Assembly (NCBI GenBank): GCA_028023455.1
Contig: JAQFVV010000002.1
Location: forward strand, 3,100,001 to 3,164,000
Reading direction: 5' to 3'
Length of the DNA: 64,000 nucleotides
From: Epiperipatus broadwayi
Lineage: Eukaryota > Animalia > Onychophora
Below the pieces are notes generated by a model. It made no database searches. It was not told where the DNA came from and was given only the letters and a program-made list of their open reading frames with translations. Positions 52,687-64,000 of this stretch are shown piece after piece (within the stretch, counting starts at the first letter, position 1; each line of letters starts with the position of its first letter). The translations under genes were made by a program, and so were the position numbers.

Positions 52687-55350
52687 ATTATAAAATAATA
52701 TATATCACCTGAAACTATTACAGATATATATATATTTAGAAAACCCATGTCAACATAGAGAACAGATATTTTGAAATCTAAAAAATTGAAAAAACTTGTT
52801 TTAGATGAATCATATTTATACAAGAATTTGGATTTTTATGTTAAGATGCAAGTCAGTTTACTTCCAATTATATAAACTAAACTTCAAAATTTATGCTGTA
52901 AAAAAATGTGATATAATTTTCCTATTAATTATAATTAATCTCAGTATATTTATTAAAATTACACACACACTTCGGTATTCATAATACATATTAATTAAAG
53001 GAAATTAATAAATATGGATTTCAGAATTTGTTTAAACACAGTATAAACAGACCGTGACCACAAATTAATATAAAAATATATACTGTGAACTCTATTATAT
53101 CTGAAAAAGCTTATTTTATGTTAAACATATTTGATATGTGATGTAAGACTGTTTATTTTATATTAAGATAATGACTAGTTTTGATCTAAGTGTACTAGAC
53201 TTTAGAATTTTTGCTATAAAGAATGGTAAATATGTTTATCTAATTGACTATTATAAATTCCAATTTTTTTAAAAAAGAATATGTACACATATAATTTTAC
53301 TCTTAGTTACAATAATTTAAAATGTCAGTGAGTAGATTAATCATAAATAAAAGTTGGACATGCAAAATTGAAATAGAATGACATATTAGAAAAAGTAAAC
53401 AATATCTCATTTGTCAATTAACTGGAAAGTATATAATGTAAATTTTTTCAATTTGTGTCAAAATAAATATTACTAAAAGAAATGTGTGCATTTAATTTTA
53501 ATTAACAAAATGCTTTTGAAGACTTAAATATCATTTCAAAAACTTCATGTAAGATTGTAATCCAAGAATCTAAAACTATTCAAAAAATAAATTTGCACTG
53601 GATGAAATTGGATATGAAAGCATTAAAAACACACACATTTGTAAATTTTACAGAGAAGAAAGAGTTTAAAATATATATTTTAACTAAAAAAAAATGTTAT
53701 AACTGTGATATACATAATAAAAGTTCTAATTAATAAGTGAATTGCAGTTCTTATATCTTAACCAAATAATTACCATTCTATTTTATTATTTAGAATTCAC
53801 AGTGTCTATGAAATCTTTGATAAAGTTTGTAAAGCTTTTTAAGTTTCAATCATTATTTCAGTACTAAAAGAGATATGCGAATTAATTTTAAAAATCCAAT
53901 AAATATCATCAGAAATAACAGCACTTATTTCTTTGAATACTAGTCATGACAATAAAATCTTATCCAGATATGATATATACTACTTGAGAATTATAAAAAA
54001 CTACTAAAACTCCAAAAACAATCTGACTGCATTAAAAAATACAAAATAGAAAAATTCCCATCCATATGAAAATCTTTTATAAACTATGCCAAGTTAATCA
54101 TCAGTTCATTTTTTTTCATTAATCTGACAGTCTAAATATATCTAAAAAATTGACTGTTATTAAGCTACTTAAACTACCCAACCAATGGTAGATAAGATTC
54201 AATTGAAACAATCAGACACAAATACTAAAAATCTGAAAAATGTATTTATATTTTACTACTAGTGAAAATTCTTGTTTTAACATATAATAAACTATCTTAC
54301 GTATTTACTTTTTTATGAATAATTATTGTTACTTTGTACTTAAAAATAGATTCTAATATATATAAATCAATAAACACAATAGAATTAGGATTATGGAAAA
54401 TAAAGTATGATATTATTTTGACATATAGTTAAAAAAATTATTTCAAATTATGTCATATATGTAACCACATTAAATGTGCATCAGAGATATACATATATAA
54501 GTTTTATTATTTCATGAATAAATATGTAGCATAAAATTTAGAATTGTGGAACATAAAGTAATACGTCTGTTAGATGAAAGTATACAAAAAAAATGAATTT
54601 TTAATTATACCATAAATAAAACGTCATTTAGCATGATGAAGATTTTAGTTAACGTGGAAATGTGCTTTATATAAAAGCTTAAAAAATGAAAAACAAAGTG
54701 GTTAAGTTCAATGAAAGCTATATTAAACATATTTTCATTATAAGTTTACAATTTGCCAACTATCAAATTATGATATAGCTTTCTAACAAAGTGTTTAAAA
54801 CACTTTTTATTGTGCTGATTTTATAATAAATATATTATACTAATCAAGAAATTAATTATTTAAATTAGCTAATTTAATGGTTTTATTTAATCTTTTCTGT
54901 TATTTTTTTTATAACACTCATTACAAAAGAAATAGCAAAAAACTAGAATTCAAATAAATTAATAAAATTGTTACATTTTTATTTATCATTGTCAAACTCA
55001 CTCCACTCACAACTTTGACACCATCCACCTCAGATAAATACAATGATGATTATTACTAATCATTTTCTAAACTAGAGATTATCTCTAGCACAGATATAAA
55101 CTTGAAACCTCAGTTAAAGATTAATATATCTGACTTTTTAATTTCAAACACACACACACATGGACTTATTCACCTTTCTCTTTCCCATGTGTAATACTTT
55201 TATAGATATATTAAACAACCTCCATATTTTCCCATTCTTTTAAATTAGATGGATTTAAACAATTAAATTATTGTTTAATATATATAATCTTAATTTATAT
55301 GCATTGTTCTTTTTGATTACTTATTTTAATTTTTTTTTTCATATGTTAAA

Positions 55351-55423
55351 TGCGTTGAACCAGGAAGCGAACCCATGCCAGCTGCTTGGAAGGCAGCTAT
55401 ACTAACCACTATACCACCAAAGC
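55351..55423 (-). pseudogene. tRNA-Gly(TCC) pseudogene / retroposed copy with A-tail
   Basis: GCTTTGGTGGTATAGTGGTTAGTATAGCTGCCTTCCAAGCAGCTGGCATGGGTTCGCTTCCTGGTTCAACGCA: close to canonical tRNA-Gly(TCC), with mismatches in acceptor and T stems; followed by tttaacatatg(A)10. Confidence 0.8.
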
Positions 55424-57054
55424 TTGGCTAATTTAATTTTTAGATTATCTCTGCCAGAAAATTGTAAAATTTAAACGGCTAAAATATTCCCTCAAAATTG
55501 TGTTATATGCAAAAAAAAAAAAAACTATTGAAATAGGTGTATTACTGCTAGCATTATAATATAAAAATATTTGCAATTATAATATACATTTTCAATGATT
55601 TCAAATTGCAAATAAAATGCAATAATTTATTCTAAAAAACAAAAAAAACAAAGATAAAAATAGAGTAAATTCAATGTGATGAAAGTCAATAAAGTTTAAA
55701 AATAAAAAATGTTATCTTTCTTTAAAAAATACTTTTCAGAAGTAAGATGAAAATAAAGTAAATTCAAATAATTTTAGAAATAGGTGGTAAAAGTCAAGGC
55801 AAATTAAGAATAATTGGTATTGGTTTTTAATATTGAAAATTTGGCTTATGCGGACATATTTATTCAAATATATTTCAAGTTTATAAGCTTAGTTTTTATT
55901 CTCAAACTTTTCAGAATATAACCCAAGTTGTTTTTATTTCTTCCAAAAAATAACATGAAAAGAAAATTTAAATTTAAGTTGCAAATGAGCTCTATTAATA
56001 TAAGAATATAGGTGTTTTAGCTCTGAAAATGATCTTTAGCCTTTGATTATGCCACTCTGTTGCATACTTTGGGGGAAATGATAAAACCAATAAAGCTTAA
56101 AAATAATCAATTTTTACTTTATATAAAAATATATAGTCAAACACATTAATAAATATCTCATAAAACTCAAACACAGATTTTTGGGTTTAGCATTACTTTT
56201 TCTGATAGTGATAGAAAATTAAATAACTTAAAATCTTTCAACACATTTTGCTAAAAGTGAAAAAACAATTTATAAAAAATGATCTGTTAATTATTGAATC
56301 AAGAAAATATAAGAAAGAAAAATCCTCCATTTTAGTAATAATACTGAAAAGCAAATCAGGATTTCAATAACAATATTGGACATATAATAGGGTTATTACA
56401 TAAATAGGTGAACTTTCGATTTTTAGCAATGCTGATTAACAATGATTTATAATTTGAAACTAATGGTAAAATTATAGATATATCAGTTTTTCCTCAAAGC
56501 TAGATGGTTCATAAATGTAAATCACATTAAAGCAGACCATATTTAACTATACTATGAATATTCAATCTGTCATCAAGTTAATCTTTATAGGTAAAAGTTG
56601 TCTTGATAAATAGATAAAATATTCTTGGTATAAATTAGTGTGAATTGCTTTCATGTGATATATATATATATGAATAATTTTTAATAGATGTAGTGCTTGG
56701 GTATTATTCCTGCAACCTAGGAAAGGTAGGATGATTTTTCACATAGGTAATAAAGCCATAATCTTGCAATTGTTAAATAAATCTGGTTTTTTTTTCTCAT
56801 AGAAAAATGTGTTTTTGAACGTGCACAAAACATGTTTTAAAACATGTCAGCTAAACCTATTATATACATGTGTTTTGGGAGATTGCTGATTCAAACGTTT
56901 ATTGTTTACATTTTACAAATTACTTGTTGTTATTGTGAATTTGTTTTATCATTTTAAATTTCAATTTCGTTATTTGCTTGTGCATTTTGATTTTGCATTT
57001 TTTTCCAATTTCAACATTGTTATTGACTTCTGCTTTTTTTTAATCTTTGTCAAA

Positions 57055-57610
57055 AAACCATCTGATCAAAGTGCTGCAATTTACAGTTATATTTCTATTT
57101 AATAATTCAATTAATACATTGACTTCGTTATTACTACTGTTGTTTCTTTTTTATCTGCTCAAAGTGTTGCAATTTACAGTTATTTCTCCAGTCTAAAAAA
57201 CCATCTGATCAAAGTGTTGCATTTTATAGTTATGTTTCTATTTATGGTACTTATTGAATTAATACATTGACTTGTTTATTACTGCTGTTGTGCTGCAATT
57301 TACAGTTATTTCTTGAGTCTAAAAACCATCTGTGTCAAAGTGCTCCAATTTACAGTTATGTTTCTATTTACTAATTGAATTAATACATCAACTTTGTTAT
57401 TATTGCTGTTATTTCTTTGCTATCTGCTGAAAGTGCTGCAATTTACAGTTATTTCTCCAGTCTAAAATCCATCTGATCATAAAGCTGCAATTTACAGTTA
57501 TTTCTCCAGTCGAACTTATCATAGTGCTGCAATTTACAGTTATTCTTCTATTTTTCTAATTCAATTAATACATTAACTTTCCTGCTCAAAATGCTGCAAT
57601 TTACAGATGT
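57055..57610. repeat. Complex minisatellite with core (AAA)GTGCTGCAATTTACAGTTA, about 9 copies
   Basis: The core alternates with two related linker types (tttctccagtctaaaaaaccatctgatc; aattaatacattgact...). Confidence 0.92.
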
Positions 57611-58220
57611 TTTTCTTCACTAATTGAATAATATTGATTTGGTTATTACTGCTGTCTCCTTTTTTTGGATGTTGTCCACTTAAAAAAAGAAATTGCCATT
57701 TCTTTATTCCGATTGCTTGGTAGAATTCCATTTACACCATGTACTGTGCAATCATGTGCTCTACAAGCATTGCAGAGGAGGAAAGGTGAGGAGGGGGCTG
57801 ATAATTGCCATTTTGGATACAAGATTTCCATTTCAAGATTTCAACTACACCAGATGATCTATTTCAGATTTCAGTAAGTAGTCTCTATGTGTATGTTTAA
57901 TGTTTTGTGAAGTGATTTTAAAAATTATTTGTACAAATTTTGATATTATTCTTTGTTGAAAATCAATCAATTCAATTTAGTTTAAAAGTGTCATCTGCAT
58001 AAGTGTATATTTCATTGAATAGTTTCTTTTTGACTTTTAGAAAGATGTATTTGTGTTGGGTTAATTTAGTGCAGAAAAATGGATCGTGTATAGCTTAATT
58101 TCTAGACATTTTTTTTAAATTGATAAAATAAAGTGTAAAAATTTTGTTGTTTGTGTCCATTGAATACAATCACACGTATATCTCCTATAATATTAATTTT
58201 TGTCTATTTTTTTAAAACTA

Positions 58221-58396
58221 TTGGGTATTATTCCTGCAAGCAAGGAAAGAAGAGGACTTTTCACATTTGTATAAAAGCATTGCTAACTTTTTAATGTTTG
58301 ATATTGGCAAAATAACACCATTAAAAAGTTAGCAGTGTATTGATACAAATGTGAAAAGTCGTCCTATCTTTCCTTCATTGCAGGAATAATACCCAA
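58221..58396. repeat. Fold-back made of two TIR ends (~76-bp arms, 22-nt loop)
   Basis: 58221-58296 pairs with 58319-58396. Confidence 0.92.
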
Positions 58397-61300
58397 GTAC
58401 CAAAAATTCAATACATGAAAATAGCCATTTATACATATATATAATTAGATAAATTTATATTACTTAATTCTAAGGAATAAACTTTATTAATAAATTTATA
58501 TATATATATTGTAACTATAGAATAATGATCTATATTAAAATAAATAGATTAAAAATATTTAGTTTATTTAGAAATTAAAAATGTATAACTTTTTACTTTG
58601 GAAGTAGTATATTGTAGAAACATTATTGTAAGTTATGAGCAATATATTATTTTAAAATATAATAGCAATATTTTTTGCACTAAAATAAAATCTAATAATA
58701 TTATTTTTCTTACTAAAGTACATTCATTGATATAAATACATTCTACATAAAACACACATATTTTGTGAGTAATTATATCTATATTAACACAAATGTTTTT
58801 ACATTACATTTTAAAGATTTAAATTAGTAATAATAAATTTAACAATAATAACAAAATAAAATGTGTATGCAATTGTTTATTTTATATTCATTAAAATGTT
58901 AAACTTTATTTTTTTAAATAGATTCTGTTTTATTTTTAAAAACAGTATAACAATAAAATTTAGTAGTGAAAGGAAGAGAGAGAAAAGGAGTGCATTACTT
59001 AAAAATATATTATTTATTTGTAAAATGATGTAATTTATTGTAAAGAAAATTTATATATATATTAATTTTAAATAGTAATTATTCAGAATTAATGACTGGA
59101 ATATGCATGAGGACATTTAAAAGCATTTCGAGTACCAGATCATGATTTAAAGTGGCATTCAATGGTTTTCATAGTTATTCATTTATCATTACTAAAATAT
59201 ATTGACATAATACTTAAGTTATACAGGTATCTAAAATTTTTAGAAATGGCATTTTATTTTTACACTATTCTTCATTAATTTTTTTTATTTGAATTTGTTT
59301 TAAGACAAAAAATAATGGGATAAGGGAATTAAAATTATTGTCTGAGGTCATGAAAGACCTCACAAACTATCTATTTTATCACTTAACACCTGAACCCATT
59401 GTTATCCAATACAAATTTACAAATCTTCATAATTTACCTCACTTCATTAAAGTATCAACTAAAAAATTGAAATTAAGCTAATTATAGATAAATGGTAAGT
59501 CACTGCTAAAATTTTAAAATAAAACTTTTAAATTAGTTTGTTTGTAAGCATTTAAATTTTAAAAGAGCTATCAAATAACAATAATAACTGATTAAATAAT
59601 ATTATTTATGATATTTAAAATATTTTTTTATTAATAACTTAATGGAAATAAACTTGCTGATGGATATTCAAACTTTGTTGAATATTTATGTGTTTGTCAA
59701 TAATTTTGCCAGAATTGCTAAAAATAAAACTACATTTTAAGAAAAGGATATGTAATTTAAAAAAAGTTTATTATTTGATTTGTAAAAGAAAATATATTTT
59801 AATATTTTATCAAAAAATAAAAAAGACTTATTCTTGCTCTTATTCAAATTTTCAAATGAAAATTTGAAAGTAACTAAATATATATTTAGTATATATTATT
59901 ATATGATCAAATATAGTATATATTATTATATGTTCAATCATATGTTTTTACATACACTTACATTTGAGTGTGTATTTTAATAAATATATGCCTGATTGAT
60001 TACTCAGTAAATCTGATTATCTTTAAATTTTAGACATTATTAACTATTAATTTATTAATTTGAAATAATACTTATTATACGGAATAGTATATTTTAAAGG
60101 TTTAAAAAAGTTTTAAAAGAAATTTATTTATTTTATAAATGTTTTATATATATAATATGATCTTTAAATATGTTGCTATTATTATAAGTTTTGCATTGTT
60201 AGAGTAAAGATTCCTCATGGTGTATATATTTTACTGATGAAACATAATTAATTTAAAACATTATGGACAAATTTTAACAGAAATTTGATCATTTAAAAAT
60301 ATTTATATTTCAATGATGTAGATAAATGTATTTAGATTTTTTTACATCATTTATAAAGTAATTAATTATAACAATATTAAAGTTCTTCAGTGATATTTAT
60401 TTAATTATTTACTTGTATACTTTAGTTAGGAATTTTTGTGCTCATATGCTTAGTGATGTGAAAACCATATTAGTTCTTTTAAATAGATTTTTCAAACATA
60501 TTAATAATTTATATTCAACTTAAGTTATATGTTTAGCCAAATTTAAGCAAATTATATGTTTATAATAAGGCAATCTAATTTATTAGAATTTATTAAGATA
60601 AATCCATGCTTATGTCATGCATTATACTTTTGCATACAGGTATAGATAAAACATATATTTAGTTTATACAATTTAATTTTTTTTAGGGAAAGTAAATATG
60701 ATTTTAATTTTTTTATGTAATTGTTTTCTATAATAATAAAAAATAATTCTTTATATCATTTATGTCAATAAATTTATTTATTTTATTTATTAAATTTGAC
60801 TTGGTGTTTTTATTTATTAAAATTATATTTATTTACATACTACATATTTGGTCTTACACACACATATATTTTAAGCTCTTGAGTTGTTTTATTTACATAT
60901 TAACTGAAGATATAATGAAAATGGAATATTTTATTCAACTATGATGCCTAAATGAGATTCATAATCATTCACATTAGACATGCACATACATTAAGGAGAT
61001 ACATATAATATTTATATAAAAGATTTTTATATAATTAAAAAAGATTTACATAACATATAAGATATAATTGATATTTACTTTATAATATTATTATTTTGGC
61101 TATTTTTTTTAATTCATTGATTTTATGTATAATTAGTATTTAATTAAATTAAATGTACTTTCCGTGCAATAAAATGTACTCTTTGTTTTCATGCTGAACT
61201 GATGTTTGTGTTCTCCATATAAATATCTCCTAGACTATCTATAATTTTAGATGCTTTCATTATAGTTACATAATATATAATTACTTTAAAATATATTAGA

Positions 61301-61467
61301 AAAAAAAAAGAAGAGCAAAAGTGAATAACTAAATAAATTTATAGCAATGAATTACACTACTGAAACTGGGTATATGTACTTAAAGGCTATAAAAGTAAAT
61401 GTTGTAGTAACCTAGTATTTTAAAAAATGTCATTTATATTGGTGCTGTGGCCAGCTTTAAATTAAAC

Positions 61468-61575
61468 TTTTTTTTTCTCATGTGTCATAGCATCAGCCGG
61501 GAAGCGAACCCGCTAACCCGGGACTCCTGCTTCGTAAAGCAGCTGTCGCTGACCTCTCGACCACCAATGCTTGAC
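61468..61575 (-). mobile_element. tRNA-Gly(TCC)-derived SINE, copy 3
   Basis: Same body and tail as copies 1-2; TSD agctttaaatta(a/t)actt on both sides. Confidence 0.9.
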
Positions 61576-61989
61576 AAGCTTTAAATTATACTTGAAGAAG
61601 ACATATAGTCAAATAATATAATTTAATAAAACAATTTTGAGAAAAACAAAATTTAGAAATATAATGTTTAATTTGGAAAAAAAAATCTAAACACAATTGT
61701 ATATTTATATATAATTAAATAAATGTATATACACATATTAATACTTTTCTGTGTGTATACACACATGCTTAACAAAGTAGAATATTTTCCCCTCTTCTTT
61801 TTGCTATATTATTAGGTAGTAAATTTCTGATTGAATGCACTTTCAGTGCTAAGCACCATAATCATAGCAAAAAAAAAAGGAATTTATGACATTGTGAAGA
61901 GCTTAGTCTGTAATCATGCAAAAATAATAACACAAACCAAAAACAGTCTTTACTAATCTCTATATGCACTTGATACCTTCAGTAACAAC

Positions 61990-62200
61990 ATATTATATAT
62001 TATTGGACCACAGTTTATCTGGTCCTTCTTTCCTTTATGCTGTTTCTCAATAGTCTTCTGAATTGGAATCTTCCATTTTCCTTGTTATATCCCAGATGTC
62101 ATATGTTCTCTAGAATCTGTGAATTATTTGCTTGTGAATCTGAACTTCTTATCATTTTACCTGCTGTATGGATTATGTTCTTGTGCATTAACAACTAATT
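61990..62200 (-). mobile_element. Possible degenerate RTE-like LINE 3' end
   Basis: RKEGPDKLWSNNI resembles RTE C-terminal GRPxxxWxxNI; many stops. Confidence 0.3.
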
Positions 62201-62312
62201 GTTTCCTATATATGTAATCTTAAGTTGTTTTTCTTAAAATACTATTGTCAACATATATAATTTGAAACAATATATTTCGTAACACACACACACACACATA
62301 TATATATGTATC

Positions 62313-62560
62313 AAAATTATTCTACATGAATAAAGTGTGATAAACAGAGCAACCAAAATGCAAAAACATTAATTATAAACAACAATTTACCAAGCGCTTT
62401 TGATACTATATACCAGAATCATGGCGACATACTGGAACTGCAATATGTCACCATGATTCTGGTATACAGTACCGAAAGCACTTGGCAATTTGTTTATAAT
62501 TAATGTTTTTGCATTTTGGCTGCTCTGTTTATCAGGCTTTATTCTTTGTAGAATAATTTT
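62313..62560. mobile_element. Fold-back PLE-like end (~118-bp arms, 12-nt loop) with a hammerhead-like motif on each arm
   Basis: 62313-62431 pairs with 62444-62560; plus-strand motif ACC-ATGATTC-T-GGTAT-ACA-GTACC-GAA-AGCACT-T-GGC at 62450-62486; the left arm preserves AGCGCT; 18-bp direct repeat tatatgtatcaaaattat at 62303-62320 and 62589-62606. Confidence 0.65.
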
Positions 62561-62616
62561 CATTATCTGACAGAGTTTTTATATTATTTATATGTATCAA
62601 AATTATCTCAAATTCA

Positions 62617-62752
62617 CAACTTAACTAGACTAGCCAAAAAAAATAAACTCTAAAACACTACCAATGATTTCAATGCTACAAGCAGACTTCTCAAATGTAG
62701 TAGTGAAACCATTGGTAATGTTTTAGTTTATTTTCTTGAGTAGTCTGAGTTG
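62617..62752. repeat. Fold-back: ~50-bp arms
   Basis: 62617-62672 pairs imperfectly with 62704-62752. Confidence 0.8.
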
Positions 62753-64000
62753 CGAATTTGGGGTAATTTTGATTATTTATTGACGTTAGCTTTATGCTTT
62801 TAATGTATATATTTGTATATATAAAGAATGCTTAAGTAATACTAATATATTTAGTTCATTATTAAGTATATGTATATAGAGATAAATATATCAAAGATGT
62901 TTCATTCATAAATTTATTATATATGTGTGTGCATATATAAAAATCACATAGACAAAGCCTTAATAAATCATAGAATCCACAATCTATTATAAAGGAAACT
63001 GCTATAGGTAAAAGATATATATATAAAATAATCCAGTGCATAACGCTATACTGAAATAAATATACAAATATTAAGCAATTAAATCATCCCACATGATTAA
63101 GAAATCAATTACTGCCCCCTGTATATATATATAGTAATGCTAGCAGATATATGTTTTATAATTTTAAAAAAATTATGATCAAATTTATTTGAAAGAATAC
63201 TTAAAGACACAAAAAAATGAAAAAGATTATTTTATGTATTTTTTTAAAGGAGAATAAAGCTATTTATTAAAAGCAAGTGGGTGAAAGAATTAGAAAAACT
63301 CCTCCTTTTTAAAGAAAACTCCTTTTTGTAAATTAAGAAAGTAAAATATATAAAAATAAGTAAATATGAAAAATCAGAAACTTTCAAAAATGTAATTAAT
63401 TTAAAATATTACTGATTGAATTAATTAAAAGAAAAACATGTAAACTATTTCAAAAAGCCATAGTAAATTAATCTAAGAAAAAGATTAGATAATGTGTAAT
63501 GTAAAAATCAATTAGATTAAGGAAAATATAAAATCAATTAGATTAAAGAAATGTAAAAATAGATTAAAAATAGATTTAAGTTATGATCAAAATTAAAAAA
63601 CTATAAGGAATTAAAACAATGAGAGAGAAAAAGTATGTAAAGTTGCAATGGACTATTGTTATTCAATCTGATCTTCAAACTGGTCTTCAATCTGTTAGAT
63701 CATTCTGCTCTTGAGTATGTAAGTCACTCCAGTCTGCATTTGATTCATTGTGTTATTCATTGCACCAGAGATTCAGAAATCTAAGGACAAATAGAACCAT
63801 TCATTATTGCTGTGGAAAATATTGCAGAAGCCACAGATCTAGAAACATGCTAGATCATTTAGACGTGTTTGACTGGTCTTCAGGCTCTAAAGTTCTCCCA
63901 AAATTGACTGTCCTGCATGAACTCTTGCTAGAAACTGATGCCAAAATGGTGAAATAGACACTGCCATAATCCCCCCCCCCCATTGCAAGACAAAGGAATG

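Larger units (their letters stand above)
56696..58397. mobile_element. ~1.7-kb non-coding element with terminal inverted repeats CTTGGGTATTATTCCTGCAA
   Basis: Left end cttgggtattattcctgcaacctaggaaaggtaggatgatttttcacat; right end atgtgaaaagtcgtcctatctttccttcattgcaggaataatacccaag; superfamily not determined. Confidence 0.65.

Noticed and set aside
57055-57610. CRISPR-like repeat-spacer appearance
   Set aside because: Spacers are homologous to each other and irregular, there are no cas genes, and the context is a eukaryotic intron; it is a minisatellite.
63660-63960. GC-richer segment with 69-aa ORF; another frame has QIEPFIIAV
   Set aside because: Possibly a transposon-associated remnant, but stops and the window edge prevent any supportable assignment.

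Overview
Very AT-rich animal genomic DNA, by inference arthropod-like and CpG-depleted; no prokaryotic features. The window lies mostly inside one minus-strand gene, a class C GPCR of the GPR158/GPR179 family that resembles Drosophila CG31760. Seven phase-compatible GT-AG exons were assembled by eye (43549-43688, 18972-19073, 13171-13255, 13005-13073, 12113-12222, 11808-12022, 710-848). They encode the Cys-rich ectodomain end and most of the 7TM region, and the gene is incomplete at both ends. The introns are filled with mobile-element debris: RTE-type and other LINE fragments, a young tRNA-Gly(TCC)-derived SINE with TSDs (3 copies plus an anticodon-intact relative), Tc1, pogo/Tigger-like and hAT-like remnants, a TIR element with an internal satellite, and many Penelope-like element (PLE) fragments. 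Three features stand out. (1) PLE 3' ends carry minimal hammerhead-ribozyme-like motifs in which the core 3:8 pair co-varies between families (U3-A8, A3-U8, C3-G8). (2) Fold-back inverted duplications are unusually dense, and several are anchored on or next to PLE ends. (3) An unidentified, CpG-retaining ~3.5 kb cassette (46.0-49.5 kb) with a TATA+Inr promoter, two convergent short ORFs each broken by a 1-nt homopolymer indel, and an iterated GCAGGTG motif sits between two divergently oriented PLE halves. Family assignments are from remembered motifs; no database search was run.
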